A DNA stretch of 54,426 bases from positions 1 through 54,426 of the forward strand of contig CAZZBP010000006.1 in NCBI GenBank assembly GCA_964652755.1, read 5' to 3'. Positions 8,814 to 18,423 of this stretch are shown in pieces. The notes under the pieces were generated by a model. The model saw only the letters and a list, made by a program, of their open reading frames with translations. It was not told the origin of the DNA and searched no databases. This DNA comes from an uncultured Dehalococcoidia bacterium (GTDB lineage: Bacteria > Chloroflexota > Dehalococcoidia > Lucifugimonadales > UBA826). A program made the translations under genes and the position numbers. How positions within the stretch are numbered: position 1 is the stretch's first letter; each line of letters begins with the position of its first letter.

Positions 8814-9947
8814 TCAAATGAGCCCCATAGCGTTGGCATAACGTTCCCTGTGCACCGAAGCAGATTCATACTTAAGTTCTGAAACCCGAGCTCTTCGGGT
8901 CCATAACTGGAGATCATACTCCTCCATAAATGCGACTCCACCATGGAGTTGTTGCGCTGTCAAAGTGGTCCACTTATAGGAATAATCTGTCAGTATTCTA
9001 GCAAGAGATATTTCTCTTTCTGCCTCCTCGCCGTCCTCTAGCTTGGCAATAGCCTGGTATGTAGCCAACCTAGCAGAGTCGATTGCGTTCACCATGTCAG
9101 CGCAATCGTGCTGAACTGACTGAAAACTACCGATCGGCCGGCCAAACTGCACCCGTTCCTTCACATATTCGACTGTTCTGTCTAAAACGCTTTGCGCTCC
9201 TCCAACGCTCCGTGCGCAGTTCATAATCGTTGATAGATTAAGATGTTTCTGTATAGAAGGCCAACCATTGTCGAGTTTCCCGACAATGGAATCCACAGAT
9301 ATTTCAACATCTTTAAAGTTGACTTCAAACAAGGGCTCACGAGCCAAATTCTCCATAGGCGTAAGGGATATACCGGGAAGAGAGGAAGGCACCATAAACA
9401 ATGTCACTCGGCCAGCATTATTATCCTTTTCCCCGACCACCGAGACGAGTAATGAATTGGCCGCAGAAGCATGTTCAACAAATAACTTAGTTCCGTTGAG
9501 CCGATATCCTCCATCGACCGTATCCACACGGCAATTAACGGCCTCAGGCACAAATCGGGGATCAGTCTCTCTTAAAGCACATGTAGCGATAACTGCCCCG
9601 CTGGCAAACCTAGGGATATATGTCTCTCGTGTGTTTGGAGGCCCAGCCTCGTTTATCAACAAGCCAACCTCGACAACTGTGTTAAAAAAAGGCCCTGGCA
9701 CAAGAACCCTGCCCATTTCTTCTAAAAGAACCGCAAGGTCTGTGAGTGACCCACCGCCACCGCCATACTCCTCGGAAAATGGCAAGCCCATCCAGCCCAT
9801 CGCGGACATTTGACCCCAGAGATCTTCCGGCAACCCTGTGTCTGTACCTTCCATATCTCGCACTAATGAGGTAGGGCATTCCTTCGTTAGGAATTCTCTT
9901 GCCGTTCGCTTAAGAATTTCTTGAGTTTCTGTAAATCCTAGATCCAT
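8814..9947 (-). CDS. Acyl-CoA dehydrogenase, short non-catalytic (beta-type) subunit
   Basis: RVQFGRPIGSFQSVQH and QLHGGVAFMEEYDLQLWTRRA. Lacks the C-terminal GGTxEIQR motif, as in FadE27/FadE28-type partners. Confidence 0.85.
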   Translation of the reverse strand: MDLGFTETQEILKRTAREFLTKECPTSLVRDMEGTDTGLPEDLWGQMSAMGWMGLPFSEEYGGGGGSLTDLAVLLEEMGRVLVPGPFFNTVVEVGLLINEAGPPNTRETYIPRFASGAVIATCALRETDPRFVPEAVNCRVDTVDGGYRLNGTKLFVEHASAANSLLVSVVGEKDNNAGRVTLFMVPSSLPGISLTPMENLAREPLFEVNFKDVEISVDSIVGKLDNGWPSIQKHLNLSTIMNCARSVGGAQSVLDRTVEYVKERVQFGRPIGSFQSVQHDCADMVNAIDSARLATYQAIAKLEDGEEAEREISLARILTDYSYKWTTLTAQQLHGGVAFMEEYDLQLWTRRARVSELKYESASVHRERYANAMGLI

Positions 9948-10022
9948 ATATTGTTACGCATTCCGTTCCGCTCTCTGTTGATCAATACAAGCAAAAAAAA
10001 TTTATGACTACATAAGCCATTG

Positions 10023-11201
10023 CTACCTCGGCAGACCAAGGCCCCGACGGGCGATAATATCTCTTTGGACCTCGTTTGCTCCACCTCCAAACCGGAGGAA
10101 AATTCCTCCTCTGTAAGCCCGCTCCATCTCTCCATTTAACAGAGCGAAGGGGCTACTTTTAGTCAATTGACCGTACACGCCCAACACTTCAACACCAAAG
10201 TCAGCCACTTCTTGTATAAGATCCGTCGCGATTATTTTTACTGCGGAGCTTTCATAGTTAGGTACTTCACCCCGATCGATCATCCATGCTGTCCTGTATG
10301 AAAACAATCGCACCACGTCCAGCTTCATCCCTAACTCTACAAATCTCTCTCTGAAATGCGGATCCTGAGATAACGCCTTACCGTCAATATTGGTACGGTT
10401 GGCGTAATCGACTAGTTTATCCATACGTGCCGACAACGAGGCAAATCGAGCCCCGAGGCTTACCCGCTCAAAGTCTAATGCCATAGCGACGTGGTACCAC
10501 CCCCGATCGCGTTCCCCAATAAGATTTTTTCTAGGTATACGAACATCGTCAAAAAATACTTGATTTGTCCTCCCGTCATCCATACGCCAGAGAGGATTGA
10601 TTGTTAGTCCGGGAGAATCCGTTGGGACAAGGAACACCGAGAGTCCTCTGTGTTTTGGGGCGTCCGTGTCAGTTCTAGCCAATAGCCATATGTGTGAAGA
10701 GAAATGAGCCGCACTTGTATAGATTTTCTGTCCATTGATGACAAAATCGTCCCCGTCTTCCGTTGCTTGTGTACCTAACCCGGCCAGATCAGTACCAGCA
10801 TCGGGTTCGGTATATCCAAGTGCGCACTCAACATCGCCGTTGAGCATCTTCGGAAGCCATTCTTCCTTCTGTTCCTCCGTACCAGCCCTCATTATTGTCG
10901 GCCCGACCATAGTCACCGCTGTGGAGTTGGTGTATGGAGAACCAACTCTCCCTATTTCTTCCGAAAATACGTATTGATCCATTAGTGAGCGTCCGAGACC
11001 TCCGTATTCGGTCGGCCACGAAATACCGAGAAGTCCCTTCTTACCGATTTCCCTCATAAACCGTTTCTGCTCAGGGCCAGGCCCCAAGTCGGGGCGCCCC
11101 TCCATTTCCTCTCTCAGCGCCTCAGTCATTAGAGATTCTATGGAAGTCCGAACTTCAGACCTCCACTCTTCCTGCTCCGGAGTAAACCGAAAATCCATCA
11201 C
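10023..11201 (-). CDS. Acyl-CoA dehydrogenase, catalytic (alpha-type; FadE26/FadE29-like) subunit
   Basis: LGYTEPDAGTDLA, NGQKIYTS, KHRGLS, ALDFER and GGGANEVQRDIIARRGLGLPR. Confidence 0.9.
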   Translation of the reverse strand: MMDFRFTPEQEEWRSEVRTSIESLMTEALREEMEGRPDLGPGPEQKRFMREIGKKGLLGISWPTEYGGLGRSLMDQYVFSEEIGRVGSPYTNSTAVTMVGPTIMRAGTEEQKEEWLPKMLNGDVECALGYTEPDAGTDLAGLGTQATEDGDDFVINGQKIYTSAAHFSSHIWLLARTDTDAPKHRGLSVFLVPTDSPGLTINPLWRMDDGRTNQVFFDDVRIPRKNLIGERDRGWYHVAMALDFERVSLGARFASLSARMDKLVDYANRTNIDGKALSQDPHFRERFVELGMKLDVVRLFSYRTAWMIDRGEVPNYESSAVKIIATDLIQEVADFGVEVLGVYGQLTKSSPFALLNGEMERAYRGGIFLRFGGGANEVQRDIIARRGLGLPR

Positions 11202-11341
11202 TTTCTCCTGTGCGTCAGGTTGGGTTTTTATACGGTAACGGCCCTGTGTAACTGTTCTGGCTTTGCTTTAAATATTTCCTTTATAGGAGAAAGATCGCAC
11301 TTTGTGAACATATGACAAGATCAGACCAATAGTTTCTGTAG

Positions 11342-12532
11342 TCAATGTGCTGCCCCGGACTGAAGCAACTTCTCAATATCACTTTTTGAAATGCCCGATT
11401 CGGACAAAACATCAAAAGTATCCTCGCCAGGTATACGGCCTAAAGAACGTATGGATCCAGGTGTCTTTGAAAACTTAGGTCCGATACCTATTTGTCTCAC
11501 CACTTCCTTCCTAAAAATCCCTGCATCTACAACCATATCTCTCTGCTTGACGTGGGGGTCCGCTTCCACCTCCGAAATATCTAGTACTGGGGCAACCGCT
11601 ATATCTTCCAGGGAACTCAACTCTATCCACCACTCTTCTCGCGTGCGCGTAGCGAAACGGGAGCGCATAGCATGAAATATATCTTCGTACTTATCTTTGT
11701 CGAATTGAACCGGTCCGAAAGTTCCCAATCCGATAGCCTTACACAGATTCTCCCAGAACCATGTTTCTATGCATCCGATGCTTATAAATTTTCCGTCTAG
11801 ACATCGAAATACGTTGTAGTAGGGTACCCCTCCGTTGAGGGTCATTATGCCAGGTTGCGCCACTATACCATCTCTAAAGTATTCCCCCGTAGAAGCAGCC
11901 AGTAGATACGACACTCCGTCCGACATCGATATGTCTATGGATTGGCCCTTGCCAGTTGAAGATCGGGATACTAAGGCTGTAACTATTGAAAAAGCGGCAT
12001 GCATTCCTCCAGCGGCAAAGTCGGCAATTATGTTGTAGGGAATAGCTAGCGTACCGTCTGAAGATCCTATTATCCCTAAGGCGCCCCCTATAGATATGTA
12101 GTTAATATCATGTCCCACGAGGTCCCTGTATGGACCTGTTTGACCATAGCCAGATATAGAACAGTAAACGATCGATTCGTTGACCCTATTTATAGTTTCG
12201 TAATCACAACCTAGCCTATCAACCACTCCCGGTCGAAACCCTTCTACTACCACATCGGATCCCTTGCATATTTCATAAAAGGCTTGCCTCGCCCCCTCCA
12301 TCTTCAGATCCAAGATAATACTTCTCTTATTTCTATTAAGAGGATTCCATGCGGAAATCCGAGCAGCTTCCTCCTCCGATACCTTTCCTGAAGAAGATAT
12401 GCGAGAAGAAGGTGGGGCCTCAACTTTTACCACGCTTGCACCCATATCGCCAAGCATCATCGTACAAAATGGTCCTGGAGCCATCCTTGTCAGATCAATT
12501 ACTTTAATCCCTTCAAGAGGCCCTGTTGTCAT
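11342..12532 (-). CDS. CaiB/BaiF family protein, alpha-methylacyl-CoA racemase-like
   Basis: DLTRMAPGPFCTMMLGDMGA and EGFRPGV, plus the racemase-type GHDINY and NIIADFAAGG (His/Asp pair) motifs. Confidence 0.85.
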   Translation of the reverse strand: MTTGPLEGIKVIDLTRMAPGPFCTMMLGDMGASVVKVEAPPSSRISSSGKVSEEEAARISAWNPLNRNKRSIILDLKMEGARQAFYEICKGSDVVVEGFRPGVVDRLGCDYETINRVNESIVYCSISGYGQTGPYRDLVGHDINYISIGGALGIIGSSDGTLAIPYNIIADFAAGGMHAAFSIVTALVSRSSTGKGQSIDISMSDGVSYLLAASTGEYFRDGIVAQPGIMTLNGGVPYYNVFRCLDGKFISIGCIETWFWENLCKAIGLGTFGPVQFDKDKYEDIFHAMRSRFATRTREEWWIELSSLEDIAVAPVLDISEVEADPHVKQRDMVVDAGIFRKEVVRQIGIGPKFSKTPGSIRSLGRIPGEDTFDVLSESGISKSDIEKLLQSGAAH

Positions 12533-12544
12533 TTCAAACCTACC

Positions 12545-13822
12545 TTATATATCCATTCCGACTGAATGTTCTAACGCGCCAGATTCAGAAAGACGCTGTA
12601 TCTCAAATCCGGTCAATCCCAAACAGTCCCTCAAAATTTCTTCATTATGCTCCCCAATCATCGCTTGGGGCCGACTGAGCCTACCCGGTGTGTCTGACAT
12701 CTTGAATTGTAGTCCGTCGTAGGGCATTGATCCCAACTCCGGATGGGGGATCCACTGAAAGTAATTCATATGCTTTAATTGAGGATCCTGCCACAAATCA
12801 GCTTGGCTTTGTACAGCACCTGCGGGTATTCCCTTATCTTGTAGGATAACCATGGCATCTTGTGCGCCAACTTTCGAAGTCCAAGCCTCGATTATAAGCC
12901 CGAGTTGCGCACTATTAGCTCGTCTCCTCTCCTCGGTGTCAAACCGTCCGTCTCCCTCTGTTCCAATAACAGTCGACAAAGCATGCCATTGCCAATCTTC
13001 TCGAACCGATATGGCTACCCACGACTCTCCTACACCCACAAACTCTCGGTTTTCATCCATACATCTAAAAATACCGTGAGGGGTAATGTGGCTGTCTGTG
13101 TTACCACCTCTTGAAGGAACCGTACCGTCTTCAATATATTTCATGATGTGAGGAGCAAGAAAATGTGTGGCCCCTTCAAACTGAGAAAGATCAAGGTATT
13201 GTCCCACTCCCGTGCGATCACGGTGGTCCAGGGCAGCCACAATTGCACCAAAGGCCATAGGGGGATTTAGGAAGTCAGAGTATGCACCATAAGGCCCGGA
13301 CGGTTCTCGGTCCGGCCAACCGGTCAACACATAGAACCCAGCCATTGAGCCAGCAAGTTGGCCGAAACCAGCGTACGACGAATGTGGGCCTGTCTGGCCT
13401 AGCTGGCAAGTGCTGAAATAGACCAAATCCGGCCGAAATATGCTTACAGTGTCATAATCAAGTCCCCAAGAGCGCATGACCCGGGGAGTAAAACTTTCTG
13501 CGATCACATCAGGCTTCCACTCAGTTATCAGCCTACACGCAATCTTTCTCGACTCCTCGATGTTTAAGTTAAGGCCTAGACCTCTCTTACTGGTATTGTA
13601 ATTAGCGCTGAACTGGCTCCGATTTATCCCTGGGCTGGCGTCCTTAAACGGTGGAGCTCCCCTTAGTACGTCAGGCCTGGACAAGGACTCGATTCTAATA
13701 ACATCAGCACCGTGGTCTGCAAAATACTTGGTTGTGATCGGGCCTACGCCGACCCACGTAAAGTCTAAAATTTTTATGTCCTGAAATACGCCTCCGTCTA
13801 AATTGTCTGTTGTGACAATCAT
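12545..13822 (-). CDS. Class III CoA-transferase (BbsF-like subunit)
   Basis: LDFTWVGVGP, ADHGADVIRIES and AYSDF (catalytic Asp position). Confidence 0.88.
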   Translation of the reverse strand: MIVTTDNLDGGVFQDIKILDFTWVGVGPITTKYFADHGADVIRIESLSRPDVLRGAPPFKDASPGINRSQFSANYNTSKRGLGLNLNIEESRKIACRLITEWKPDVIAESFTPRVMRSWGLDYDTVSIFRPDLVYFSTCQLGQTGPHSSYAGFGQLAGSMAGFYVLTGWPDREPSGPYGAYSDFLNPPMAFGAIVAALDHRDRTGVGQYLDLSQFEGATHFLAPHIMKYIEDGTVPSRGGNTDSHITPHGIFRCMDENREFVGVGESWVAISVREDWQWHALSTVIGTEGDGRFDTEERRRANSAQLGLIIEAWTSKVGAQDAMVILQDKGIPAGAVQSQADLWQDPQLKHMNYFQWIPHPELGSMPYDGLQFKMSDTPGRLSRPQAMIGEHNEEILRDCLGLTGFEIQRLSESGALEHSVGMDI

Positions 13823-13827
13823 CTCCT

Positions 13828-15099
13828 TTAAATAACCCCTTCTCTGACCAATATGGATTGTTCTGCAGAATCAATGCCCAAATTCGAATACACCTCATGG
13901 TTATGCTGTCCTATAAACGGTGACGGAATTCGAGTAGATCCTGGAGTCTTTGTGAGCTTTATAGGAGGGCCAAGATGTTTGATTTCACGTTCAAATTCCG
14001 GATGGTATAAATCCACCCAATATTCCCTGGCTTTTAACTGGGTGCTTTCGCCTATATCGGCAACTGTGTTGCATGGAGCGATGAGGAGACCATCGGAAAC
14101 AGCTCTCTCGAAGAGTTCTGATTTCTTCTTTGACAATAAAAATTGTTCGATAATCTCCTCCAGTCGCTGAAATTCTCGAATTTGATCTGAATCCTTACTC
14201 GTCGTTTCCCGAACATCCCATCTAGCTGGCTCAAATCCAAGTGCATCATCAGGAAGACAACCTTCCTCCGACATCCATTTCATAAACTTCTGTAAAGTGG
14301 CAGCCTGTGACAAAACAGTCACATGGCCATCAGCACACCTGAAAACATGCCTAGCATCTATTGGTCCCCTTCTTCGAAAACTCCCTGCTCTTTGCATATC
14401 CACTTGATGAAGTGGAGGAAATGTCGTTGCATTCATCAAAGTCCAAATAACTGAAATCTGTTCCGATATTTCTATCCGTTGCCCTTTACCGCTCCTTCTA
14501 CTGTGCCAAAGTGCCGCCATAGTTCCAGCAAACGCCTGCGAACCTGCGTTAAGCTCGGCCTGAGGAAAACTTATCCTAACAGGGGGACGATCCGAATCAC
14601 CACTTAAATATGGCAATCCTCCCATCGCCGAACTTATAAGATCCGATGAATGGAATCTTGAATGGGGACCGTCTTCGCCAAATGGCGTTATAGAGGTATA
14701 AACAAGACCAGGATTAGAAACCTTTAGAACATCATACCCGAGCGACAAGTTCTCCATATATCCAGGCGGATAGGATTCAAGAATCGCGTCTGTCTCCTGA
14801 ACTAATTCAAGAAAAAGGACCTTGCCCCGTTCCGATTCAAGATCGAGTGTAATTCCAATCTTATTGCTGTTGTATGCGGCCCAATATAGGCTCCCTTCAG
14901 CAGAGCTATTTCCAACCTTAACAAAGGGACCCCTAAGTCTTGTGGGACTACCTCCAACCGGCTCCACTCTAATGACATGGGCTCCTAGATCACCGAGGAG
15001 TCTGCCGCAAAGGTTATGTCCTCCTTCGGACAGATCAAGAATCGTATATGGGGACAGTGCTGAGACGTCCAGGTCTAGGCTCGCCCCTAACTTAGTCAT
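13828..15099 (-). CDS. Class III CoA-transferase (BbsE-like subunit)
   Basis: CGRLLGDLGAHVIRVEP, YNSNKIGITLDL and SITPFG. Glu (PQAELNAG) replaces the catalytic Asp. Start moved to ATG 15099 because GGAGGT lies upstream and this removes the overlap. Confidence 0.85.
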   Translation of the reverse strand: MTKLGASLDLDVSALSPYTILDLSEGGHNLCGRLLGDLGAHVIRVEPVGGSPTRLRGPFVKVGNSSAEGSLYWAAYNSNKIGITLDLESERGKVLFLELVQETDAILESYPPGYMENLSLGYDVLKVSNPGLVYTSITPFGEDGPHSRFHSSDLISSAMGGLPYLSGDSDRPPVRISFPQAELNAGSQAFAGTMAALWHSRRSGKGQRIEISEQISVIWTLMNATTFPPLHQVDMQRAGSFRRRGPIDARHVFRCADGHVTVLSQAATLQKFMKWMSEEGCLPDDALGFEPARWDVRETTSKDSDQIREFQRLEEIIEQFLLSKKKSELFERAVSDGLLIAPCNTVADIGESTQLKAREYWVDLYHPEFEREIKHLGPPIKLTKTPGSTRIPSPFIGQHNHEVYSNLGIDSAEQSILVREGVI

Positions 15100-15139
15100 G
15101 CTACGGAGATACCTCCAACTCACAACATCAAATAACCAG

Positions 15140-16327
15140 TCAGCCCCTCGGAAGTCCCAGACCCCGACCTGCAATTATGTTACGTTGAATTTCAGAAGTT
15201 CCAGCAGCAATTGTCGAGGAGACCGAACTGAGGTACATTTTCTGAACCGCTCCCGCAAGAGGTGACCTCTCCGACTCATGAGAAAGTGTTCCATTCATAC
15301 CTATTACCTTCATCGCGGTATTAGCAACACGCTTTGTAAGTTCTGTTCCATACATTTTTGACATAGACGCTTCGTAATTTGGAACAATTCCCTGACTTTG
15401 CATCCAAGCAACCCGATAAGACAACCAACGGGAAACTTCGGTCTCAATCCACCTTTCTGCCAAACGATTCCTGATTAGAGGATCCTCGGAAAGCGCTTTC
15501 CCGTTCTTTTTCTCAGCCTTTGCATAATCAGAAATTGCTTCAAGCATCTTTCTGCAATTAGCAGAATATCCTACTCCGGATCTTTCAAAATCTAGAGCAA
15601 CCGCAAGAGTATACCAACCTTGGTTTTGTTCCCCTACTAAATTGGCAGCAGGAATACGAACATCTTCAAAAAAAACCTCATTGAAGTCATGGCCACCAGC
15701 CATGTTATAGATTGGTTTAACGGTAACTCCGGGTGACTTCATGTCGAGCATAAACAGGCTCACTCCCTTGTGCTTTGGAGCTGTAGGATCAGTCCTTGCT
15801 GCTAACCAACCCCAATCCGCGATATGAGCAGAGCTTGTCCATATTTTTGATCCATTAACTACAAAATCATCCCCGTCTCTCAACGCGCTTGTTTGAAGCG
15901 AAGCAAGATCTGATCCGGAACCCGGTTCACTATACAAGGTACACCAGTACCTCTCAGCCTTGGCGATGGGCGGAAGGTGCTTTTCTTTCTGTTGATCCGT
16001 TCCGGCAATCATTAATGTCGGGCCTACCCAACTGATAGCGCCAGTTCCTAAATCTGATCCGGGAACACTGTGATAAGACATTTCTTCACGGTAGATGAGT
16101 TGCTCCAAGATAGATCTACCTTGACCGCCATATTCCTCCGGCCAGGCCATCGTCAGCCAACCTTTATCAGATAAGGTTGTGGCCATTTCTTTAGTAAACT
16201 GAAGATTCGACGGCGAATAGGGATTCTCTACGTCAAGAGAGTTCCAATCATCTGGAAGCACTTCCTCTAAAAAATTTACCAGTTCTCTTCTAAATACTTC
16301 GTGTGCTTCGCTGAAGGAGAAGTCCAT
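15140..16327 (-). CDS. Acyl-CoA dehydrogenase, catalytic (alpha-type) subunit
   Basis: YSEPGSGSDLASL, NGSKIWTS, KHKGVS, ALDFER and AGTSEIQRNIIAGRGLGLPRG. Confidence 0.9.
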   Translation of the reverse strand: MDFSFSEAHEVFRRELVNFLEEVLPDDWNSLDVENPYSPSNLQFTKEMATTLSDKGWLTMAWPEEYGGQGRSILEQLIYREEMSYHSVPGSDLGTGAISWVGPTLMIAGTDQQKEKHLPPIAKAERYWCTLYSEPGSGSDLASLQTSALRDGDDFVVNGSKIWTSSAHIADWGWLAARTDPTAPKHKGVSLFMLDMKSPGVTVKPIYNMAGGHDFNEVFFEDVRIPAANLVGEQNQGWYTLAVALDFERSGVGYSANCRKMLEAISDYAKAEKKNGKALSEDPLIRNRLAERWIETEVSRWLSYRVAWMQSQGIVPNYEASMSKMYGTELTKRVANTAMKVIGMNGTLSHESERSPLAGAVQKMYLSSVSSTIAAGTSEIQRNIIAGRGLGLPRG

Positions 16328-16449
16328 TTCAATTTCCTAGAATAATATTATGCCGCTGTTTCAGCCGATCGATGAAAAAAATGCAGATGCGAGGCATCGT
16401 ACTACACAACATGAATTCAGTGATAAACACTGCATAAAAGTCTAAAGTC

Positions 16450-16812
16450 TCATTCAAAGTCAAGCCATAAATCTTCCTCAGCGGGTTCCCAGTATTCAAT
16501 TTTCACCGATTCTTCTATGAAGTGCTCGTAAGGATCAACCCGTTTATATCCTTCGTAAGGGCCACTCCAATCTTCCCTTCGTTTCTTATAGGCGTCATGA
16601 CCTTCTGCAGAATAGAACTCGAAGTTCATTATGAACCGGCCCGTAGGCATGCCTTGATGATTCACCTGCCTGTAATATCTTGCAGATTTCCATTCCGCGA
16701 ACATATCGGAATGATTCTTTCTTAAGAAGGAAAACCACTCCTTTATTACAGTGTCATGGTCTTCTTCATGTCCTTTTCTAACTTCCCAACTCTCTACTTC
16801 AATAAAGCTCAA
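16450..16812 (-). CDS. Hypothetical protein (~120 aa; possible dimeric alpha+beta barrel)
   Basis: TTG 16812 is preceded by GGAGGTG. The beta-alpha-beta-beta-alpha-beta-like pattern resembles NIPSNAP/ABM barrels (inference). Confidence 0.6.
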   Translation of the reverse strand: MSFIEVESWEVRKGHEEDHDTVIKEWFSFLRKNHSDMFAEWKSARYYRQVNHQGMPTGRFIMNFEFYSAEGHDAYKKRREDWSGPYEGYKRVDPYEHFIEESVKIEYWEPAEEDLWLDFE

Positions 16813-16839
16813 GGGACAAACACCTCCGAGAATTCGATA

Positions 16840-16872
16840 ATTATCTGTAACATTATGATGATTATCTGTAAC
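16840..16872. promoter_or_regulatory. Direct repeat ATTATCTGTAAC x2 (21-bp period) in a divergent intergenic region
   Basis: Identical 12-mers at 16840-16851 and 16861-16872. Confidence 0.55.
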
Positions 16873-16926
16873 GAGACAAATTAATTGCCCACGAAGGTCC
16901 ACGTTTATTGGTTTGCATTAAATTAG

Positions 16927-17931
16927 GTGAATAACATTACAGAACTGAGCATCGCGATACCTGGCGACAGGACTATAGAAGAATATATTCGGCTTTCAAT
17001 ACTAATAGACCATTACGGGTTCCATACCTTGAGCATCTATGACGACCTTTTGTTCAAACCTGCGTGGCCCTTGCTTAGTGTAGTAGCCTCGAACACTGAA
17101 AATGTACGAATTGGTCCAGCGGTTGTGAATCCATATTTGGTTCACCCAGCTATTACTGCCGGCAACCTCGCCGTCCTCGATGAAATCTCCCAAGGGCGTG
17201 CCTATTTAGGCATCGGGAAGGGTGCTTTTCTAGACTTTCTCAATCTTGAAAGCCAGAAACCACTAACCGCAATGAGAGAAGCCACCGAAATTATTCAAAG
17301 CCTCGTTAGGGGAGATAGGAAACCATACCCTGGCAAGATGTTTTCCTTGGCAGAATCCGCTTTCCTTAGATATAAACCTGTGAGGGACCAAATACCTATA
17401 ATTTACGGAACTTGGGGATTTCAAACGTCAGAACTAGCAGGTCAAATTGCAGACGGGATCAAGGCAAGTCCTCTCTGGAACTCAGATTATGCTATCGAGC
17501 TCCGAAAGCACCTTTCAAAGGGAGCTTTGAGCACCGGGCGCGATAAGAATTCTTTAAAGTTGTGTGTAGGTGTCCTCACATCGATCGATGAAGACGAAAT
17601 CACAGCAAAGGAATTTGCCAAGCAAAGCCTTGCGGTATATCTTCCGTACCTCTCAACGATGACTGAACATTTAAACATTAGCAAAGAGGAACTCGATAAG
17701 GTCAGTCCCCTTTCAAAAGCTGGTCGATATAGAGATGCTGCAATTCACATTACCGACCGAACTTTAGATAGCTTCGCCCTTTACGGAACACCAACTCAGG
17801 TCTCAAAGAAGATCCAATACCTATTAGATAGGGTCAGCGTCGACAGGATCGAATTTGGTAGTCCTCTAGGCCCAGATCCCGTCAACGCAATCACCCTTTT
17901 AGGTGAACAGGTTCTGCCCGTGTTCAGATAA
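16927..17931 (+). CDS. LLM-class flavin-dependent oxidoreductase (Mer-like, probably F420-dependent)
   Basis: VRIGPAVVNPYLVHP, LDEISQGRAYLGIGKG, LAGQIADG and IEFGSPLGPDP, typical of Mer-like proteins. Confidence 0.88.
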   Translation: MNNITELSIAIPGDRTIEEYIRLSILIDHYGFHTLSIYDDLLFKPAWPLLSVVASNTENVRIGPAVVNPYLVHPAITAGNLAVLDEISQGRAYLGIGKGAFLDFLNLESQKPLTAMREATEIIQSLVRGDRKPYPGKMFSLAESAFLRYKPVRDQIPIIYGTWGFQTSELAGQIADGIKASPLWNSDYAIELRKHLSKGALSTGRDKNSLKLCVGVLTSIDEDEITAKEFAKQSLAVYLPYLSTMTEHLNISKEELDKVSPLSKAGRYRDAAIHITDRTLDSFALYGTPTQVSKKIQYLLDRVSVDRIEFGSPLGPDPVNAITLLGEQVLPVFR

Positions 17932-18011
17932 CTATTACTCAGGGGAGAACTACTAGAGTTAGGACAGGGTAAACAGGGAAATCAGAATCGTGTGACTGGC
18001 AAAATTTCCGG

Positions 18012-18365
18012 TTAAAGATCAGATGTAAACCAGTCCTTTTCAGCCGCTTCATATGGCCACAAGAATTCAAAGCCGGCCCGAAGTGCGTATTTTCTATCTA
18101 AATCGTCTCTATCTCCCACATGACAGTAGACGTCAGCCTCAAAAGTTTTCTTCAGTTCCGGAAGCATGTGCTTGTAACAAACGAAGTCAAATTCAATACC
18201 ATGTTGGGTCCATATCGCCCTTTGGGTACTCATTGGCCTATCAGAACAGCTGCCAGTAAGAAACCCTTTCTTCCTCGCCGTTCTAACCATGTCCATAGTC
18301 ACAGCTCCCGGCGGGTCCCCCACCTCAAGAGTACCGTCAATATCAAAGCTTACGAGTATAGCCAA
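18012..18365 (-). CDS. Small capless HAD-family hydrolase
   Basis: SFDIDGTL (motif I), GSCS (II), K (III) and HVGDRDDLD (IV). Confidence 0.85.
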   Translation of the reverse strand: MAILVSFDIDGTLEVGDPPGAVTMDMVRTARKKGFLTGSCSDRPMSTQRAIWTQHGIEFDFVCYKHMLPELKKTFEADVYCHVGDRDDLDRKYALRAGFEFLWPYEAAEKDWFTSDL

Positions 18366-18423
18366 CAGTATGCCTTTATCACTCTATTAGGTATGACAAT
18401 AGCCTCGATACCTCCATCCATAT

